The position numbers were made by a program, and so were the translations under genes. Of a stretch of DNA of 64,000 nucleotides, positions 1-8,079 are shown piece by piece. The DNA is from an uncultured Alphaproteobacteria bacterium (GTDB taxonomy: Bacteria > Pseudomonadota > Alphaproteobacteria > MPNO01 > DASWLB01): contig CAWFOW010000001.1 of assembly GCA_963817535.1 (NCBI GenBank), forward strand, positions 28,225 through 92,224. The letters run 5' to 3'. The notes under the pieces were generated by a model. It had not been told where the DNA came from and made no database searches. It saw nothing but the letters and a program-made list of their open reading frames with translations. Position 1 is the stretch's first letter. Each line of letters starts with the position of its first letter.

Positions 1-1201
1 CCCCGAGGATCACGGTGATCAGCAGCGCGGTCCCGAGGCAGCCGAGGAACGTCTGGATAGCTGCCATCAGCCGCTCGTCCCATTCCGGCTCGTCGCGGAA
101 GCTGCTGCGGTCGATCATGTACATTTCGGCGCCGGCCGCGAACACCAGGGGGGCGACGAAGGTCGGCACGAGCGCGAGGCTGATCGCGAGGCAGATCGGG
201 ATGAACAATTCCAGTATGTCGCGCGGTGCGTCGACCGAAAGATATTGCATCGAAATGCCCGCGACCACGCTGCCCAGCACTGCGCAGAGGAACACCACGA
301 CGATGCCGAGCAGGATCTGGCTCGACTTGAACCGCCACGTGGTGGGCGCGATGCCGCGCACATTGAGGTCGTGAGTGAGGGTACGCATCGCGCAGTACTC
401 GTCGGCCTCGACGGCGAGGATTCCGCAGACGATAAACTGCGCCATGCGCTCGTTGGCGTCTTCGATCTGCTCGTTCAGGAATTCCGAACTCGCCTTCGCC
501 GAACGAAGCTCCTTCTGAATCGACTCGACGCTCTTTTCGATCTGGTCCTGGATCTTGAGGTATTTCGAGAAGAAGGCGATGTAGCTTCGGGCGGCGCGCA
601 GCCGTGTCAGGTGCTGCAGGTCATGGACCTTGGACTTCAGTCCCTCGAACAAAGCGAGCTTCGCGTCGATCCCGGCGTTGCCCGATTGCGCCGTGCCGCC
701 GCCAGCGCTTTCGACGTCCTTCTCCAGCCGGTCGATCAGCAGCCCCGCCATGAACTTGGCCTTGAGCGGGATACTGGCGAAGTCGCGCAGCGTGGCGCGC
801 AAATCGCCGTCGAGGTTGCGGACGAAAGGGATGGAAGGCAGGACGGAGGTCACCACGACCGCGGCGCCCAGCGGCGTGGCGATCGTGTGGTCGCCGATGT
901 CGACGCCGACGCCGACCGCGCCGAACCAGGTCTTGATCAGCTCCTGCAACTCCGGGAAGGCGCCGAGGCAGACCAGCGCGACATAGGTGGTCGACGAGAT
1001 TCCGCCATAGACGAACGCCGCGAAGTTGTAGCGGAAGCGCGTGGTGAAGGTGCGCATCGGGATGGGCAGGAGAAGCTCCTCGTCGATGCCGCTTTGGCGC
1101 TGGCCAAACCGTTCGCGCGCGAAAATGAACACAACGACCAGGCCAATCCAGAACGACGGATCGGACAGGGTCATGTCGAGCGTGACGAGGAACTTGTCCA
1201 T
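1..1201 (-). CDS. Multi-pass membrane hypothetical protein, 3'-truncated by the window edge
   Basis: Not in the ORF track because no stop occurs in the window. I read it from ATG 1201 (GAGGTAGG upstream): MDKFLVTLDMTLSDPSFWIGLVVVFIFARERF..., open to position 1, with several hydrophobic segments around a charged helical middle. Confidence 0.75.
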   Translation of the reverse strand, partial: MDKFLVTLDMTLSDPSFWIGLVVVFIFARERFGQRQSGIDEELLLPIPMRTFTTRFRYNFAAFVYGGISSTTYVALVCLGAFPELQELIKTWFGAVGVGVDIGDHTIATPLGAAVVVTSVLPSIPFVRNLDGDLRATLRDFASIPLKAKFMAGLLIDRLEKDVESAGGGTAQSGNAGIDAKLALFEGLKSKVHDLQHLTRLRAARSYIAFFSKYLKIQDQIEKSVESIQKELRSAKASSEFLNEQIEDANERMAQFIVCGILAVEADEYCAMRTLTHDLNVRGIAPTTWRFKSSQILLGIVVVFLCAVLGSVVAGISMQYLSVDAPRDILELFIPICLAISLALVPTFVAPLVFAAGAEMYMIDRSSFRDEPEWDERLMAAIQTFLGCLGTALLITVILG

Positions 1202-1206
1202 GGCGC

Positions 1207-1584
1207 CTACCTCTTGCAGCACCGCCACGTGAGACAGCCATTCGAATCGCGCCGCAGGTAGCACGGGCGCTCGTCCTGCTGGCAGCGCGGCGGGGGCGGG
1301 CAACTCTGCGCGACGACGTCGCCGGCGTCCGTGACCGTCAGCTTCGCCGTGCAGGCCGGAAGCAGCTCGGCGGAGCCCAGAAGGTCGTCGGTGCCGCCGG
1401 CCGTGATGGTCGCCGCAACCGTGGCATTCGTCGTGTCGACGACCGGCATGGCCTGCACGGGTACTGCAATCGCGGCGACGATGCAGGCGGCGATCGCAGT
1501 CGACACGGCGTTGCGGCAGGTCTCCGCGCCGGCGCGTGCCCGTCGCAACAAGATGCGTCCGAGCTTTCCGCTAAGAACCGTCAT
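1207..1584 (-). CDS. Putative secreted small protein with a six-Cys C-terminal peptide
   Basis: ATG 1584 after GAGGGAGAGGGG; hydrophobic signal-like stretch ending VPVQA; C-terminus SCPPPPRCQQDERPCYLRRDSNGCLTWRCCKR. Confidence 0.6.
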   Translation of the reverse strand: MTVLSGKLGRILLRRARAGAETCRNAVSTAIAACIVAAIAVPVQAMPVVDTTNATVAATITAGGTDDLLGSAELLPACTAKLTVTDAGDVVAQSCPPPPRCQQDERPCYLRRDSNGCLTWRCCKR

Positions 1585-1610
1585 CCCCTCTCCCTCTCGC
1601 GGCGGCGGCC

Positions 1611-1847
1611 CTACGAGGGCGGCTTCTCGTTGAACTCGGGCAGCGGGCCCTGTGCCGCGTCGCCACTTTCCACCCAGGCGAGAACGATCAACTGCTCGAT
1701 GCATTGATGTGCGAACAGCAGGTCGTCCATTTTCAAACGCGCCGGCCGCCTATGTTCCCGGCTGCTTTGCAGCGCGGCCACCGCCGCATCGACGAGGCCC
1801 GCATCGGGTATCTGGCGAACCAGATCGTGGATCAGACCGCGGTCCAT
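1611..1847 (-). CDS. Small hypothetical protein (78 aa)
   Basis: ATG 1847 after GGGAGGTGG RBS; co-oriented with and close to the two downstream genes. Confidence 0.5.
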   Translation of the reverse strand: MDRGLIHDLVRQIPDAGLVDAAVAALQSSREHRRPARLKMDDLLFAHQCIEQLIVLAWVESGDAAQGPLPEFNEKPPS

Positions 1848-2025
1848 TGCCCACCTCCCCGACAAGAAAACAAGTGCGCCAATATACCAAGCGGGCCTGC
1901 GTTGGTCCACGCAATATTTTACAGCGAAAGAATTGAAATGAGTTCATGTGGAATATGAAAGTAAATTTTGCGGCATATTACGAATCGTTTCGGAACTGAG
2001 CGAAGATTGTTGCCGCGCCGCGGCG

Positions 2026-4401
2026 TCAGTGTTCCGGGCCGAACAGCGGCATGGTCGCGAGGTCGGGCCGGTCGAGATCGGCGATCAGCAGGGCGAGACC
2101 CAGCTCGCCCTTGTACAGGCTGTGGCGCGGGTGATCGGCACTGCGCAGCTGGGGCGCCACCTCGATGGCGCGTTCGGCCAGGCGGCGTGCGCGGCCGAGC
2201 CAGGCGGGATCGCCGGTACTGCGATGCTGCTCGAGCAGGGCGTAGGCGCGGCCGGCGAAGCCGCAGCAGAGATCGACCGGACCTTCGCCGCCTTCCCATG
2301 CCTGCCACGCCGCGGACTGGCCCATCTCCAGCAATGCGCTGTCGCCGGTCAGGCGGTGGGCGAGGGTGGCGAGATGCACCATGCCGGCGGCGCCGTTGCA
2401 CCAGCCCGGCATCGAGGCCTCGTACCCGTCATCCGGTCCCTGGCGCCAGGGCCAGGTGGCGCCGCGGCCGGTCGGGCGTGCCGCTTCGCGCAGCTGCTCC
2501 AGCCGCGCACGTGCCGTCCCCGGCAGCGGCGCGCCGGTCAGTTCGTGCAGGCGCAAGGTCGCGTAGAGCAGCCCGGCCCAGCCATGGGCGATGCCGAGAT
2601 TGGGCCATTGTCGCCCGTCGCGCATCGGCTCCAGCGCGTCGGCCTCGCCCCATAGCGTCGCCAGGTTGCGTTCGGCGACCGTCCGCGCGGCGACGCGCGC
2701 CGCATCGCCGTCTGGCAGGCTGTCCATCAGGATCGTGCAGCCGAGCACCGTACCCGTTCGACCGAGGCAAAGGTCGCGCTCGCGGCACGGCGCCTCGATG
2801 GCGGCGAGGAACGCGTCGGTGGAGGCCTGGCGAATTTCCGTCTCGCCGGTGGACGTCGCGATCAGGGCCTGCACGAGATGCAGCCCGGGGCGCGTGTGGT
2901 AGAACGACACCGTGCCGATGGTCGCCTGGGTCATGTCCATCGCCGGGTCGTAGAAGGCCCGCTCGGCCACCGCATCGCGTTCGGCCTTGAGAACCCAGGC
3001 ATCGGAAGCCGCGAGCAGGCGCGGATCGTCGCGCCGGCAGGCGAGCCGGTGCAGGGCGTAGGCGATGCCCGCAGCGCCGAAATTTACGGAGCATCGTGGC
3101 CCTTCTGCGACACCGTCGCGGAACAGTCCGCCATCGAGCGCGAGATGGTCGAGCATGTCGCCGAGCAGCGCGTCCGCCTTTCGGTCCCAGCGCGCCGGCG
3201 ACGCGCTCGGCGGAACGGAGATGGCGGCGAGCGCGTCGGCCAGCGCGTCCATCCCGGGGTACCGCGCCACCGGGTCGGCGGACAGAGCGCGCCGCAGGAT
3301 CTCTTCGAGGGCAGGCCAGGGCGCGGTCCCGCGCTCGGCGAAGGGCAGCGGCTTTGCGTCGGCGATCTGGCGGAACATCTCCTCCTGCTGCAGGGTGAAC
3401 TCCATGTACGGCTCGCCGGTCGCCAGCAGGTAGAGAAGCGCGGCGATCGCGAACTGCTCGCCGGACGCGGTCGGCGGGCGCGGCGGCTGCCGCTCCAGAA
3501 GCTCGCGCGCGTGCTCCGGCTCCATGAAGAAGCCGACGCCTCCGCGAAGCTGCGGATCGGCATCGCCCCCTTCGAGCTGCGCAAGGCCGAAATCGATCAG
3601 CGTGACGCCGCCGTCGCGCCCGACGATCAGGTTGCCGGGATGGATGTCGCCGTGCAGGACGCCGCGCCGGTGCAGCTCGGCATAGGTGCGCGCGATCTCG
3701 GCCTGGAGCGCGAGCAGCCCGGCACGGTCGTCATCGCGGCGCAGCTCCGCTGCCACCGTCACCGCGTCGCTGCCCGCGGCCCAGCCCATCGCCAGATAGG
3801 GACGGTCTTCGATCGTGCCGGCGCCGAGGACGGGCGGGGCGACGCTGCCCGCGAGGCGCCGCAATGCCGCTTCTTCGCCGTCGAGCCGCCGGCGCATCGG
3901 CGCCGCGTGCTCCGCGCGCGCTACCTTGAGCGCGACGAAGCCGCCATCGTCGGCACGCGCCTGGAAGATCTCGCTGTCGTCCAGCACCTGCAGTGCACGG
4001 ACGATGCGATACGGACCCACCATCGCGCCCACGGGCCAGCTCGCCGCGATCGGGCGCGCCGCCGCCGATCCTTCGGGAACGAGCAGTCCGCTGCCCAGAA
4101 GCTGGCCGAGAAGCGGCAGCGAGTCCTCCAGCGTGCGTTCCGGGTCGGCACCGTGTGAGCGGCTGTAGGTGAGCACCGCCTGCACGACCGTGCGCGGCGT
4201 ACGGAACTGCTCGATCAACGCCGCCGCGCTCGCGTCGATCAGCTTGCTGGGCTCACGTGCCAGCGGTCGCGTCAGGGCGAAGCTCTCGCCGTCGTCTTCA
4301 TTCTCGCCGATCTGGCGCCGCATCTCCGCCGGCAGCTCGGCGACGGCGACGATCATGACGTCGTCGGGCAACACCAGCGGTTCGCGCAGCACGTTGCCCA
4401 T
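2026..4401 (-). CDS. Putative lanthipeptide kinase-cyclase: RRE/PqqD-like N-terminus + Ser/Thr kinase + LanC-like cyclase (791 aa)
   Basis: Kinase motifs VALK, HGDIHPGN, DFG; LanC motifs GIAHGWAG, GWCNGAAG, LCCGFAG, SLYKGELG. ATG 4401 overlaps the upstream stop (TGATG). Confidence 0.88.
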   Translation of the reverse strand: MGNVLREPLVLPDDVMIVAVAELPAEMRRQIGENEDDGESFALTRPLAREPSKLIDASAAALIEQFRTPRTVVQAVLTYSRSHGADPERTLEDSLPLLGQLLGSGLLVPEGSAAARPIAASWPVGAMVGPYRIVRALQVLDDSEIFQARADDGGFVALKVARAEHAAPMRRRLDGEEAALRRLAGSVAPPVLGAGTIEDRPYLAMGWAAGSDAVTVAAELRRDDDRAGLLALQAEIARTYAELHRRGVLHGDIHPGNLIVGRDGGVTLIDFGLAQLEGGDADPQLRGGVGFFMEPEHARELLERQPPRPPTASGEQFAIAALLYLLATGEPYMEFTLQQEEMFRQIADAKPLPFAERGTAPWPALEEILRRALSADPVARYPGMDALADALAAISVPPSASPARWDRKADALLGDMLDHLALDGGLFRDGVAEGPRCSVNFGAAGIAYALHRLACRRDDPRLLAASDAWVLKAERDAVAERAFYDPAMDMTQATIGTVSFYHTRPGLHLVQALIATSTGETEIRQASTDAFLAAIEAPCRERDLCLGRTGTVLGCTILMDSLPDGDAARVAARTVAERNLATLWGEADALEPMRDGRQWPNLGIAHGWAGLLYATLRLHELTGAPLPGTARARLEQLREAARPTGRGATWPWRQGPDDGYEASMPGWCNGAAGMVHLATLAHRLTGDSALLEMGQSAAWQAWEGGEGPVDLCCGFAGRAYALLEQHRSTGDPAWLGRARRLAERAIEVAPQLRSADHPRHSLYKGELGLALLIADLDRPDLATMPLFGPEH

Positions 4402-5528
4402 CACGCCTCTCCCGTCCAGCGGCCCGTGGGCATGAAGCTCGCAATGTCGACGCCTTCGGTTTCGAGCCGCGCGAGGGCAAACTGCGGCGGGGTCATCCCC
4501 ATCCCTCCGCCGGCGCGGGCGGCGACGAGGGCGGCGGCGAGCTTTTCGCAGATCCATTGGCGCCAGCTGATGCGGTCGCCGAGCCAGGCCACCGTCGGAT
4601 CGGCGCCCCACGACAGCGCGCCGTCCGCGGCGATTTCGGCCGTGAAGGGGACGGCATGGGCGGCACGCCCGGCGACGATGGGAAGCAGGGATTGTGCCGC
4701 CGCGAACAGCGCGTCCCGGGTCGGGAAGTACGCGACAAGCTTGTCAGCGCGCACGAGTCCCGGCAGGTCGGCGCCGATCTTGAACTGGAGCGCGTCGCTG
4801 CCCGCGAGCGCGTCGGCAATCCGCGGCAGGCCGTCCGGCAGTTCATCCAGTGCGAGCCCGACATAAAGCTTGCAGGGCCGGTCCGATGGTGCCCGACCCG
4901 CATGTCGGGACGAGAAGACGAGCCAGGGCGAGTTGTCGGCGCCGCGCGACCAATGGCGCATCAGGCTTTCGGGCGCACGGTCGGGCACGAGGCCGAGAAA
5001 GGCAAGGCAGGCCGCACGATCGGGAAGGCGCCGGCGCAGCTCGCGGGTCATCGGCCGTCGATTGTAGGCGTAAAGCTTCTGCGCCAGCACGGGTGCGGGC
5101 GCGTTGGCGAGCGACGCGCCGTACGCGAGCGCGTCGGTTGCCAGACGTGTCGCGTCTTTGCCGTCGGCGCTGAATGACAGGCCCAACGTTTCGGTCGCGT
5201 CGGGGCCGCTGACGAAGGTTCCGTCCCGCTCGACCTCGATGATCGAATCCAGCACCAGCCGGCGCAGCATGCGGTCATTGTCGCCATTGCTCTGCGGGAG
5301 CGCGAAGCCGGGCAGGGGGCCCGGCTCCTGCAGGCTGAGGAACAGGAGCGCGGTATCGCAATCGACGGCGACAACCGGCAGGCTCGCTCCGTCGCGCGGC
5401 ACGAGAACGCCGAAGCTGTCCGGTTCGGGCGGAGCGACCTCGCCCGCATCCGATCCCAGCCGGTTCCACGCCACGGCTCGATAGGCTGGATTGGCGCGAA
5501 CCCGCGCATGCACGAATGGCGTCCTCAC
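4401..5528 (-). CDS. RRE-like N-terminus + HopA1-like (LanY-type) putative phospho-Ser/Thr lyase
   Basis: KLYV...FKIG...RADKLVAYF...SWRQWICEKLA resembles the HopA1/LanY pattern; translationally coupled to the kinase-LanC gene. Confidence 0.65.
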   Translation of the reverse strand: MRTPFVHARVRANPAYRAVAWNRLGSDAGEVAPPEPDSFGVLVPRDGASLPVVAVDCDTALLFLSLQEPGPLPGFALPQSNGDNDRMLRRLVLDSIIEVERDGTFVSGPDATETLGLSFSADGKDATRLATDALAYGASLANAPAPVLAQKLYAYNRRPMTRELRRRLPDRAACLAFLGLVPDRAPESLMRHWSRGADNSPWLVFSSRHAGRAPSDRPCKLYVGLALDELPDGLPRIADALAGSDALQFKIGADLPGLVRADKLVAYFPTRDALFAAAQSLLPIVAGRAAHAVPFTAEIAADGALSWGADPTVAWLGDRISWRQWICEKLAAALVAARAGGGMGMTPPQFALARLETEGVDIASFMPTGRWTGEA

Positions 5529-5550
5529 GCGACTCTACCTGTCACCCCTT

Positions 5551-5598
5551 CGACGTGCGGACGCTGGCGCCGATGACGGGGGCGCCAGCGTCACGTCG
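5551..5598 (-). terminator. Stem-loop between precursor and modifying genes (attenuator or mRNA stabiliser)
   Basis: GACGCTGGCGCC (5560-5571) pairs with GGCGCCAGCGTC (5581-5592), extended by CGACGTG/CACGTCG; no clear U-tract. Confidence 0.55.
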
Positions 5599-5613
5599 TG
5601 TGCGCTCGCAGTC

Positions 5614-6048
5614 CTACTGTCTGGACTCCTTGATGACCTCGGCAATTTCCTTCTCGTGTGCGTCGAGCTCGCGGATGGCGGCTTGCAGGTCTGCCTTCAG
5701 CTCGGCCACCTGTTGCGCGTAGATCGCGGGATCGACCAGGATTTCGCCGGGATCGATATAGATGCTGCCGGGCCCGCAGCCGGGGTCGGGCTGCGTGCCG
5801 ATGCGGCAGGCAATCCAAGAGTATGGGCGATCGCACAGGATCGTGCCGCCGCGGCAGGTGAAGAAGCGGCACCATGACACGACGCCGAGACAGTAATGGG
5901 TCAGCAGCCTGCAGTTCGTCCAACCGAGGCACAGGTTGGTGTGCAGGACGCAGATGCGCAACTTGTCGGCGAGCTGGGCCAGCGGGCCCGTTGCGCCGAT
6001 GTTTACCGAGAGATTTCTGGCACGAAATTGCCGAGGCTGACGAGCCAT
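5614..6048 (-). CDS. Putative RiPP (lanthipeptide-like) precursor with leader, Cys/Thr/Ser-repeat core and helical follower
   Basis: Strong RBS GAGGGGAG; residues 33-95 hold 9 Cys and 9 Ser/Thr in C-x3/4-(T/S) units; first gene of the operon. Confidence 0.82.
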   Translation of the reverse strand: MARQPRQFRARNLSVNIGATGPLAQLADKLRICVLHTNLCLGWTNCRLLTHYCLGVVSWCRFFTCRGGTILCDRPYSWIACRIGTQPDPGCGPGSIYIDPGEILVDPAIYAQQVAELKADLQAAIRELDAHEKEIAEVIKESRQ

Positions 6049-6670
6049 GGCAGGACTCCCCTCTGTTGAAGACGAGACCTACGGGGCGGCCGAATACAGG
6101 CAGGCCGCCTCACGCCGTTCGGTCTGCGGCGTTCCAATTTCCGGATGGGGAAGTGCGTGGCGACGGCACCGCCTGTCTGGGTTCGCGCGTACAAGGTGCG
6201 GCAAATGCGACCCCGCGCGCCGGGCAATGGTCTGAATATTTTCACGTCGTCCCCTCGTCGGATGACGCATTCCGCGCAACCGACCATTTGCCCATTCGAA
6301 CATGGAATTAGGGTTCGCCCTGTGATCGTTCTGTGGCGTCAATTCTGTGCACATCACAGTACCGCATCGAATGAATTGACCGTTTCCGATTGAAGGACAG
6401 AGGGTCCGAGAACTATCGCAAAGAGTCGCGCAATCCGGTGTGCTCTGGAGCACCAGACGTGCACCACTCATCTATGCCAAGACGTCGTTGCGCTCCCGCA
6501 ACAAAGCCCTGGTCATGTCGCGATTTTGTGAATTGCGAAGCCGGCGCGGTCGGAAAATGCTTCAGCGGCTGCGTCGATTGGCGACAGCATCGCACAGTCG
6601 GTGCGTCAGGCCGATCGCTATTGGATTTAATTCGCCAGGTTTCGTTCCCTGGCGCTACGCCGAGGGGCTC

Positions 6671-7996
6671 ATGCCGCTTCCAAATCCGGTCATTGTTATC
6701 CCGGGCATTACGGCCGTTTATCTGCGCGACTTGTATCCATTGCCGCCCGAGTCGATCTACGAAGTGATGGAATGGTCAAAGGATTACGGCCGCGCGGCGG
6801 TACACCCGGACAGCTTCTCCTTTCCCCGTTTGCTCGAGGCGAAGGAGCCGGCGCAAGTCGTTCCCGATCAGATCTACGAAATCGCCTATCGCGAACTGAT
6901 CGAGGAGCTGCGTCACAATTTGCGTGACGCCGAGGAATTCCCCGTGCCGGTCTATCCGTTCGGTTACGACTGGCGCCAGCCCCTGAGCGTGATCGAGGCC
7001 GACCTCGAGCGCTTCATCGAGGACGTCGTGCGACGCACCTCTTTGATGAAGCACTATTTCGACGATGGCTACGACGACGTTGCGCGCCGCAAGGTGAACC
7101 TGGTCGGCCACTCGATGGGCGGGCTGATTATCGCGGGTTATGTGCAGAGCCGTCCGGGCGCGCCCGTCGATCGGCGCAACCGTGTCGAGAAAATCGTCAC
7201 GCTGGCGTCGCCGTTCCGCGGCTCGATCGAGGCAATCGCCAAGATTGTCACCGGCAACGCCAATCTGGGAACGGAGCCGCCGAGCTCCCGCGAGCGCGAG
7301 GCCGCTCGCGCCACGCCGTCCGTCTATCACCTGCTGCCGAGCTTCACCAACGGGATCGACATTCCGGCGACTCTGCCGCAGACCCTGTTCGATCGCGCGG
7401 TCTGGCAGCGCAGCGTGGTCGGCACGCTCGCCGAATATGTACGCAAGTATGGGCGCCAGCCGGGCAATGCCCAAGCCCAGGGCGATGCGCTGTTCGACCA
7501 GCTGCTCGACGTCGCCGGACAGCACCGTGCGCGGCTCGAAGGGCTCGACCTGCGCCAGGCGGGCTTCGATCCGGATAACTGGCTGTGCGTCGTCGGTGTC
7601 GATACCAAGACGCGCGTTCATATCGCGATCGATGCGCAGGGCCAGAGCGGGCCCGAGTTCCGCTTCGATCCCAACGTCGACCTACTCAACGACTGGCCGA
7701 ACAGCCGCATCACCGGCGATGGCACGGTACCGCTGGAAGGCGCGATCCCGGCGTTCCTGCCGGAGAACGCGCTTGTCTGCGTGACGCCGGACGATTTCGA
7801 TTTCTGGGAGATCCAGGATCGCGGCTTGGCTCAGGCCGCGGGGCTGCACGGGATCCTTCCGAACATGGACATGCTGCACCGCATGATCGTGCGATACTTC
7901 AAGCCGGATGCGCGTGGCGACGCGTGGGGCCGCCCGCTGCCCGGCGTTGCCGCCCCGAACTGGCGCCCGCCCCTGCCGATCACGCTGAAGAGCTGA
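6671..7996 (+). CDS. LCAT/PGAP1-like alpha/beta-hydrolase (lipase/acyltransferase)
   Basis: PVIVIPGI, GYDWRQ, nucleophile elbow GHSMGG, GDGTVP, C-terminal His. Confidence 0.8.
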   Translation: MPLPNPVIVIPGITAVYLRDLYPLPPESIYEVMEWSKDYGRAAVHPDSFSFPRLLEAKEPAQVVPDQIYEIAYRELIEELRHNLRDAEEFPVPVYPFGYDWRQPLSVIEADLERFIEDVVRRTSLMKHYFDDGYDDVARRKVNLVGHSMGGLIIAGYVQSRPGAPVDRRNRVEKIVTLASPFRGSIEAIAKIVTGNANLGTEPPSSREREAARATPSVYHLLPSFTNGIDIPATLPQTLFDRAVWQRSVVGTLAEYVRKYGRQPGNAQAQGDALFDQLLDVAGQHRARLEGLDLRQAGFDPDNWLCVVGVDTKTRVHIAIDAQGQSGPEFRFDPNVDLLNDWPNSRITGDGTVPLEGAIPAFLPENALVCVTPDDFDFWEIQDRGLAQAAGLHGILPNMDMLHRMIVRYFKPDARGDAWGRPLPGVAAPNWRPPLPITLKS

Positions 7997-8079
7997 CGCC
8001 CGCGCCGGTCGGGCCGCACCCCTGGTCGCGGTCCGCACTCTCCGTCAGAATGCGTCACGCATGACGGCGGAGGAGGGCG

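Noticed and set aside
245-1261. 338-aa plus-strand ORF
   Set aside because: Antisense shadow of the minus-strand membrane protein, which has an RBS and a protein-like sequence.
4402-4611. 70-aa N-terminal extension of the kinase-LanC ORF
   Set aside because: It is Arg-rich and overlaps the upstream gene; ATG 4401 with TGATG coupling is the better start.
5591-5932. Alternative-frame ORFs over the precursor
   Set aside because: They are Arg/Pro-rich off-frame reads; the 144-aa frame has the RBS and the ordered Cys/Thr pattern.
6320-6359. CTGTGAT...ATCACAG inverted repeat resembling a CRP/FNR site
   Set aside because: The spacer is 26 nt rather than 6, so it is not supportable as a site.
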